NCBI GenBank assembly: GCA_965197905.1
Contig: CBDAOB010000004.1
Location: 1,920,001-1,984,000, forward strand
Length of the DNA stretch: 64,000 nucleotides
Direction of reading: 5' to 3'
Source of the DNA: Candidatus Latescibacterota bacterium
Lineage (GTDB): Bacteria; Latescibacterota; UBA2968; UBA8231
Part shown: positions 59,004 through 64,000 of the stretch, in pieces
Layout of the letters: every line of letters begins with the position of its first letter
Position numbering within the stretch: position 1 is the first letter of the stretch
Made by a program: the position numbers and the translations under genes
The notes under the pieces: model-generated
Database searches by the model: none
What the model was told of the DNA's origin: nothing
Seen by the model: only the letters and a program-made list of their open reading frames with translations

Positions 59004-59873
59004 TCAACCCACTCCTGCAGGTGAGCCGTCCTCCAACACCTGCATGGATTCGCGGCAATACGATTCGTCGATTTCGAAACCCACGAAATCGACCTCCAAC
59101 TGGAGACATGCGCGGGCCGTGTTGCCGATGCCAAGGAATGGGTCCATAACCAGGGGCTCCTTATCGAGGCCGTGCAACCTGATACACATCTCCGGGATCT
59201 TGACCGGGAAGGTCGCAGGGTGGGGGCGTTCCTTGTCACGGCTTTGAATGGTTTTGTAAGGGACGAACCAGGTATTGCCGCGGCAGCGCAGGTCGGAACG
59301 CGCCCCATGCCATCGCTTCACGTTCGATTTGTCCTGGTATTCTACGCCGACCGCAAGCCGATCGAGCGCCACGTCTCCGGTCTTGGAAAGGTGGAAGATG
59401 TACTCGTGGCAATCGTTGAGATATCGCTGGCTATTGATCGGTTTGTAATGGCCCACTGAAACGTTTCCGGTTATGCCGGGGTACTTTCCCACGTCTTCCT
59501 TCTGAATCGCCACTGACTTGATCCAATGGATGATATTCTGGATTTGAAAGTGGTTGCGTAGTTCGAACAGCACCTCGAACGGGCCCCAGGGATCCGATGG
59601 CTTGCCGCTCATGTTGAGGAAAACCGAACCCTCCGGCTTCAGCACTCGTTTGACGGCCACGCACCACGATCCCATGAACGACAGGTATTCGTCTCTGGCG
59701 ATGGTATCGTCGTACTTCTTGTAACCGGTGCCAAGATTGTAGGGCGGCGAAGTCATCACCACATCCACCGATTCCGGCTCTAGGACTTGAGCCATGCCAC
59801 CGATGCAGTCAAGGTTATGTACCCGATAGGTACAGCCACCCCGCTCGATTTCGTACGACCTTTCGGTCATCAT
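59004..59873 (-). CDS. Orphan beta-class N4-C/N6-A DNA methyltransferase
   Basis: TSPPYN (motif IV) precedes HPATFP and DPFLGIG (motif I), GFEID. Confidence 0.9.
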   Translation of the reverse strand: MMTERSYEIERGGCTYRVHNLDCIGGMAQVLEPESVDVVMTSPPYNLGTGYKKYDDTIARDEYLSFMGSWCVAVKRVLKPEGSVFLNMSGKPSDPWGPFEVLFELRNHFQIQNIIHWIKSVAIQKEDVGKYPGITGNVSVGHYKPINSQRYLNDCHEYIFHLSKTGDVALDRLAVGVEYQDKSNVKRWHGARSDLRCRGNTWFVPYKTIQSRDKERPHPATFPVKIPEMCIRLHGLDKEPLVMDPFLGIGNTARACLQLEVDFVGFEIDESYCRESMQVLEDGSPAGVG

Positions 59874-59874
59874 C

Positions 59875-61512
59875 TCACCAGCCGAGTACGTAGCCATCTC
59901 GACGCGGATCGGCGCCTCCCATAAAAGCGCCGGACTCTCGATCCACGATGATGCCTTGACCACCTCCCACCAGCATTGACCAGTCGCCGATATCCTCTAT
60001 CTGATGACCCCGGCTCTCCAGCTCGTCGAAGACCGAGCGGCCGATCCTCGATTCTGCGTGCACGAGATATTCTGGACTGGTGGTTTTCAGGCGCGGAGCT
60101 TCAATCGCAGCCTGAATATTCATGCCGTGATCGAGCACATTCATGATCATCTGGGGTGTCGTCTGCAAGATCCCGTAGCTGCCAGGGGTCCCGATCAGCA
60201 TCTCGAGATCCCCATCCTTCCAGATCTGTACGGGTGACATGCACATCTCGTTCTTTTTGCACGGACCGATAGCGTTGGGACTGGAAGGTTCAAGATCGAA
60301 CCAGTTCATAAAATTGTTGAGCGTTATGCCGGTATCGGGCACCACCATGCCAGAACCGAATCCCGATCCAAGGCTCTGAGTCACCGCTACCGCATTGCCG
60401 TCGGCGTCGATCGCGTCGAAGTGGGTCGTACATTCGTTTTTCATCCACCGAATGGGATCGCCGGCAACAACCTCGTTGGCCATCTTGGTGGCCGTAAAAC
60501 GTTCGCCGCCGGTAGGCTGAGCGTTAGGTTGTATCGACCGCCGCCGTTCGGCGGCGTACTCCGTAGAGAGCAGGCCGGCAAGGGGCGGGTTTTCGAGCGC
60601 TGCATATTCGGCGCGGTCGGCGGTCGCCAACTTTGCTGCCTCGATAAAGCGGTGCAGCGTCTCCGGTGTGTTGTGACCCATGGCGCCGACGTCGAACCCT
60701 TCCATGATATTGAGGGTCTCCAAGAATTGAATGGCTTGGCAGGGCAACGGCGGAGTCCATACGGTGTAGCCCCTGTAGTCGGTGCTGATCGGATCGAGCC
60801 AGACCGCTTCGAAAGCGGCAAGGTCTTCGTGGGTGACGAGCCCGCCGGACTGCCGCAGGAACGTCACCATGCGGTCAGCGATCTCGCCCTGATAAAAGAC
60901 CTCCTCTCCCCCTTCCGCCACTGCTCGCAAGCTGCGACCGAGATCGCGTTGCAGGAGCGTCTCGCCCGCTTTCGGGGCGCGGCCTTCGATGAGGTAGTTG
61001 GCGGCTGATGCGGGGAATTTGTTCAGCACATCTTCGCGCATAGCAAACAGGGTGGAGCCAAACACCGTAAGTGCGATGCCAGTTTCAGCATACTCGATCG
61101 CCGGTTCGAACACGTTCACGGGGTCCATGCGTCCATACTGCCGCAATGCCTCGAGCCAACCGCCACACGCGCCCGGAACCAACGGCGAAAGTGGTCCTTC
61201 TTCTTTGCTCTCGTCCGATGTGTACAAAGACAGGTCTGTGGCCTTGGGGGTCAGCCCGACGTAGTCCAATATCTTGTGTTCGCCTTTTGCGGCGCTGTAG
61301 ATGTGCATATACCCGACACCGGCGATGCCCGACATAAACGGCTCTGCCACGTTAAGCGCGGCCGCCGTGGCGACTGCGGCGTCAATGGCGTTGCCACCCT
61401 GAATAAGCATGCGCATGCCGGCCAGTGCGGCGAGCGGGTGGGCACAGGCAACCATGCCCCTCCGACCGGTGACCGTAGCGCGATGTACCAACCCTTCAGA
61501 GGGCAGGCTCAT
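59875..61512 (-). CDS. ggt: Gamma-glutamyltransferase family protein
   Basis: GGNAIDAAVA, EPFMSGIAG, TTHF nucleophile, GSGFGS, GTPGS, GGADPRRDG. Confidence 0.93.
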   Translation of the reverse strand: MSLPSEGLVHRATVTGRRGMVACAHPLAALAGMRMLIQGGNAIDAAVATAAALNVAEPFMSGIAGVGYMHIYSAAKGEHKILDYVGLTPKATDLSLYTSDESKEEGPLSPLVPGACGGWLEALRQYGRMDPVNVFEPAIEYAETGIALTVFGSTLFAMREDVLNKFPASAANYLIEGRAPKAGETLLQRDLGRSLRAVAEGGEEVFYQGEIADRMVTFLRQSGGLVTHEDLAAFEAVWLDPISTDYRGYTVWTPPLPCQAIQFLETLNIMEGFDVGAMGHNTPETLHRFIEAAKLATADRAEYAALENPPLAGLLSTEYAAERRRSIQPNAQPTGGERFTATKMANEVVAGDPIRWMKNECTTHFDAIDADGNAVAVTQSLGSGFGSGMVVPDTGITLNNFMNWFDLEPSSPNAIGPCKKNEMCMSPVQIWKDGDLEMLIGTPGSYGILQTTPQMIMNVLDHGMNIQAAIEAPRLKTTSPEYLVHAESRIGRSVFDELESRGHQIEDIGDWSMLVGGGQGIIVDRESGAFMGGADPRRDGYVLGW

Positions 61513-61550
61513 TAGACATAACTCCAGCGCTGACTTAGGTTTGACCGCAA

Positions 61551-61579
61551 ATCATAACCGAATGCATAAAGACGGTCAA
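61551..61579 (-). promoter_or_regulatory. Sigma70-like promoter for the ggt operon
   Basis: Minus strand TTGACC-N17-TATGAT; mirror TTGACC on the plus strand at 61541. Confidence 0.6.
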
Positions 61580-61596
61580 GAAACGTGAGAAAGCAT

Positions 61597-62634
61597 ATGT
61601 CCGACCTCGCCGTGGACATGAGAAGTGATACGCTAACCTTGCCCACCGAACAGATGCGCCAGGCCATGCAAGGGGCCGAAGTAGGCGATGATTGTTTCGG
61701 CGAGGACCCCAGCGTGAATCGACTTCAGGAGATGGCTGCGGCGCGAGTGGGAGCTGAAGCGGCCCTGTTCGTGTCCACCGGTACCATGGGGAATTTGTGC
61801 GCCCTCATCGCCCACGCGCGCCCGGGCCAGGACGTCATCCTCGAGCAGTTCTGCCACATCCTGCGGGCGGAATCGGGTGGGTACGCCAACATTGCCGGAC
61901 TGGCAGCGCGGCCAGTGACCACCGCGTTCGGCGTAATCACCCCGGAGACCTTGGAGGCTGAGGTCGAGCGTTACGGTTACGAGAAGCTGGGTTTGGTCTG
62001 TGTCGAAAATAGCTTCAACTACAGCGGCGGCAGCGCCTGGTTGCCCTCCGAGTTCGAAGCCCTATCACGGGTCGTGCGCAAGTACGAAACCCGGCTACAC
62101 GTAGACGGGGCCCGCATCTTCAACGCCGCCATCGCCACTGGTGCGGATGTCAAAGATTATATGCGCCACGTCGATTCTCTGACCTTTTGTGTCTCGAAAG
62201 GTCTCAGCGCCCCAGTCGGGTCGGTGCTGTGCGGTACGCGCAGCTTCATCGAGAAAGCCCACGCTGCTCGAAGGCGGCTGGGCGGCGGCATGCGACAGTC
62301 CGGGGTTCTTGCTGCGGCCGGAATCGTCGCGCTGGAAAGCACGGTGGAGCGGTTGGCGGAGGATCACATTCGGGCGGCCACGTTGCAGGCGGGGCTGGAT
62401 GCCATCGACGGAATTGAGACCGTTAAACCGCCCGTTCCCACCAACATGGTGGTCGTTGACGTTGCCCAATTGCAATGGACCACCGAGAAGCTGCTGGAGA
62501 AGTGGGCGTCCCGCGGCATCCGCGCAGGGCCACGTCGGCCCACACGGGCGCGGTTGGTGGCAAATCGTCACACGACCGATGACCAGGTGGCGTATGTCAT
62601 CGAAACCACCCAACACCTGGTGGCTGCAGCGTAA
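61597..62634 (+). CDS. ltaE: Low-specificity L-threonine aldolase
   Basis: [48 protein letters not shown]. Confidence 0.92.
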   Translation: MSDLAVDMRSDTLTLPTEQMRQAMQGAEVGDDCFGEDPSVNRLQEMAAARVGAEAALFVSTGTMGNLCALIAHARPGQDVILEQFCHILRAESGGYANIAGLAARPVTTAFGVITPETLEAEVERYGYEKLGLVCVENSFNYSGGSAWLPSEFEALSRVVRKYETRLHVDGARIFNAAIATGADVKDYMRHVDSLTFCVSKGLSAPVGSVLCGTRSFIEKAHAARRRLGGGMRQSGVLAAAGIVALESTVERLAEDHIRAATLQAGLDAIDGIETVKPPVPTNMVVVDVAQLQWTTEKLLEKWASRGIRAGPRRPTRARLVANRHTTDDQVAYVIETTQHLVAAA

Positions 62635-62653
62635 TCCAATCCGTTCACCCACC

Positions 62654-64000
62654 TTGGCATCGTTTTCAGTATTCACGGCCAACGCGCCGGACGTAACGCG
62701 CCGGATCCTCACCTCAAAGCGCTCCGTTCCAGCCATCCGCTTCGCTCGCTCTTGGGCTTTCGTGCTTCTTGTTGCTGTGCAGCCGGTGATGGCCACCGAT
62801 TCGGGGGGCGGCGAAACTCGACCGGCCAATCACCTGATCGACGAAACCAGCCCGTATCTCCTACTACACGCCTACAACCCGGTGGAGTGGTACCCCTGGG
62901 GCGAGCCGGCGTTGAGCCGAGCCCGGACCGAAAACAAACCGATCTTCCTGTCAGTAGGCTATTCGACCTGTTACTGGTGTCACGTGATGGAGCGGCTGGT
63001 ATTCTCGAATCCGGAGATCGCCGACTTGATGAACCGCTGGTTCGTGAACATCAAGGTCGACCGCGAGGAGCGACCTGACCTCGACAAGATCTACATGTTA
63101 GCCACGCAACTGGTAAGCGGCAGCGGGGGCTGGCCCAATTCGGTTTTTCTCACCCCCGAACTCAAACCCTTTTTCGCCGGCACCTACTTCCCCCCAGAGG
63201 ATGCGCACGGGCGACCCTCCTTTCCACGAGTTTTAGAATCGATCCACGCCGCCTGGGAGACGCGCCGAGAAGAGGTCTTCGCGGCCTCCGAACAACTTAC
63301 GGGGGCTATACAGGAGCTGGAATCCGGAGCCCGCGAGCTGCCAAGGGACCCCGACAGCGCGCTCGTGACGCGTACGCGATTTGAGCTGGAAGCGCGTTAC
63401 GATGCCCGCTTCGGCGGTTTTGGCGGTGCCCCCAAGTTCCCATCGACCATGAGCCTCGATTTCCTGCTCACCTCATGGATGGACACGGGAGACAAGACCA
63501 CGTGGCAGGTGGTGGAACACAGTCTCGAGGCGATGTCACACGGAGGTATCTACGATCATGTGGGAGGCGGTTTCCACCGCTACGCCACCGATGCCCAATG
63601 GCGCGTGCCCCACTTCGAGAAGATGCTCTACAATCAGGCGGGGTTGGGGCGTCTCTATCTGCGCGCCTTCGAGCTCAGCGGCCGTTCCTCCTGGGGCGAG
63701 GTGGCCAGCGACATCCTGGACTTCGTCAAGCGTGAGCTGACCTCGCCCGAGGGGCCATTCTACTCTGCGCTGGACGCGGAGACGGAAGCCGTGGAAGGCA
63801 AATATTACCTGTGGACGGCCGAGGAAGTGCGCACCGTGCTGGCCGACGGTGAGGATCGCTTCCACAGCCTGTTCGAGCTGGTACCGGTGCCCGAAACCGG
63901 CGGCAACGCCGTGGTGAAGAAACGGCGGGGCACCTCCGACATCGGACCCTCGCCGGACGAGTTGAGACGCCTGAAAGATATGCGCCGGCGACTTCTAGAG
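62654..64000 (+). CDS. Thioredoxin-domain protein YyaL/SSP411 (DUF255), 3'-partial; start uncertain (TTG 62654 or ATG 62789)
   Basis: Translated by hand, not in the ORF track: [75 protein letters not shown]. Confidence 0.92.
   Translation, partial: MASFSVFTANAPDVTRRILTSKRSVPAIRFARSWAFVLLVAVQPVMATDSGGGETRPANHLIDETSPYLLLHAYNPVEWYPWGEPALSRARTENKPIFLSVGYSTCYWCHVMERLVFSNPEIADLMNRWFVNIKVDREERPDLDKIYMLATQLVSGSGGWPNSVFLTPELKPFFAGTYFPPEDAHGRPSFPRVLESIHAAWETRREEVFAASEQLTGAIQELESGARELPRDPDSALVTRTRFELEARYDARFGGFGGAPKFPSTMSLDFLLTSWMDTGDKTTWQVVEHSLEAMSHGGIYDHVGGGFHRYATDAQWRVPHFEKMLYNQAGLGRLYLRAFELSGRSSWGEVASDILDFVKRELTSPEGPFYSALDAETEAVEGKYYLWTAEEVRTVLADGEDRFHSLFELVPVPETGGNAVVKKRRGTSDIGPSPDELRRLKDMRRRLLE

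Noticed and set aside
59004..59873. Restriction-modification defence system
   Set aside because: Both neighbours are recognisable metabolic enzymes and no endonuclease candidate is adjacent.
1..64000. tRNA, rRNA, CRISPR arrays, integrases, transposases
   Set aside because: None seen in intergenic regions or ORFs on visual inspection.

Overview
GC-rich bacterial chromosomal window with no rRNA, tRNA, CRISPR array or intact transposase. The gene content loosely suggests an uncultured FCB-group organism such as Ca. Latescibacterota; this is inference only. In order: aroK-aroB-rimO-DUF971; PTS IIA and a BatA/VWA gene; a ~21 kb Wzx/Wzy-type polysaccharide cluster with amino-, carbamoyl- and methyltransferases and a deacetylase, interrupted by sixA, a tandem YjbQ-like gene and a 168-bp MITE; an 8 kb signalling locus; then housekeeping and metabolic genes. 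These include an HpcH aldolase, uppP, ackA, an arsM-like gene, acs, moeA, an exported cyclase + MauG-type diheme + cupredoxin-like trio, hemA/ccsA/hemY, two orphan ORFs, modABC, an isomerase, an orphan DNA methyltransferase, ggt, ltaE and a partial YyaL gene. The most notable feature is the signalling locus. A beta-barrel remnant and a YfiR-family protein precede a chemoreceptor with a YfiN-like periplasmic domain that heads a rearranged Wsp-type cluster, i.e. a possible Yfi-Wsp hybrid. This copy appears to be decaying: two homopolymer frameshifts, an in-frame deletion of the CheW/REC domains of wspE, a truncated porin and no output regulator. All family assignments come from motif recognition by eye, not database searches.
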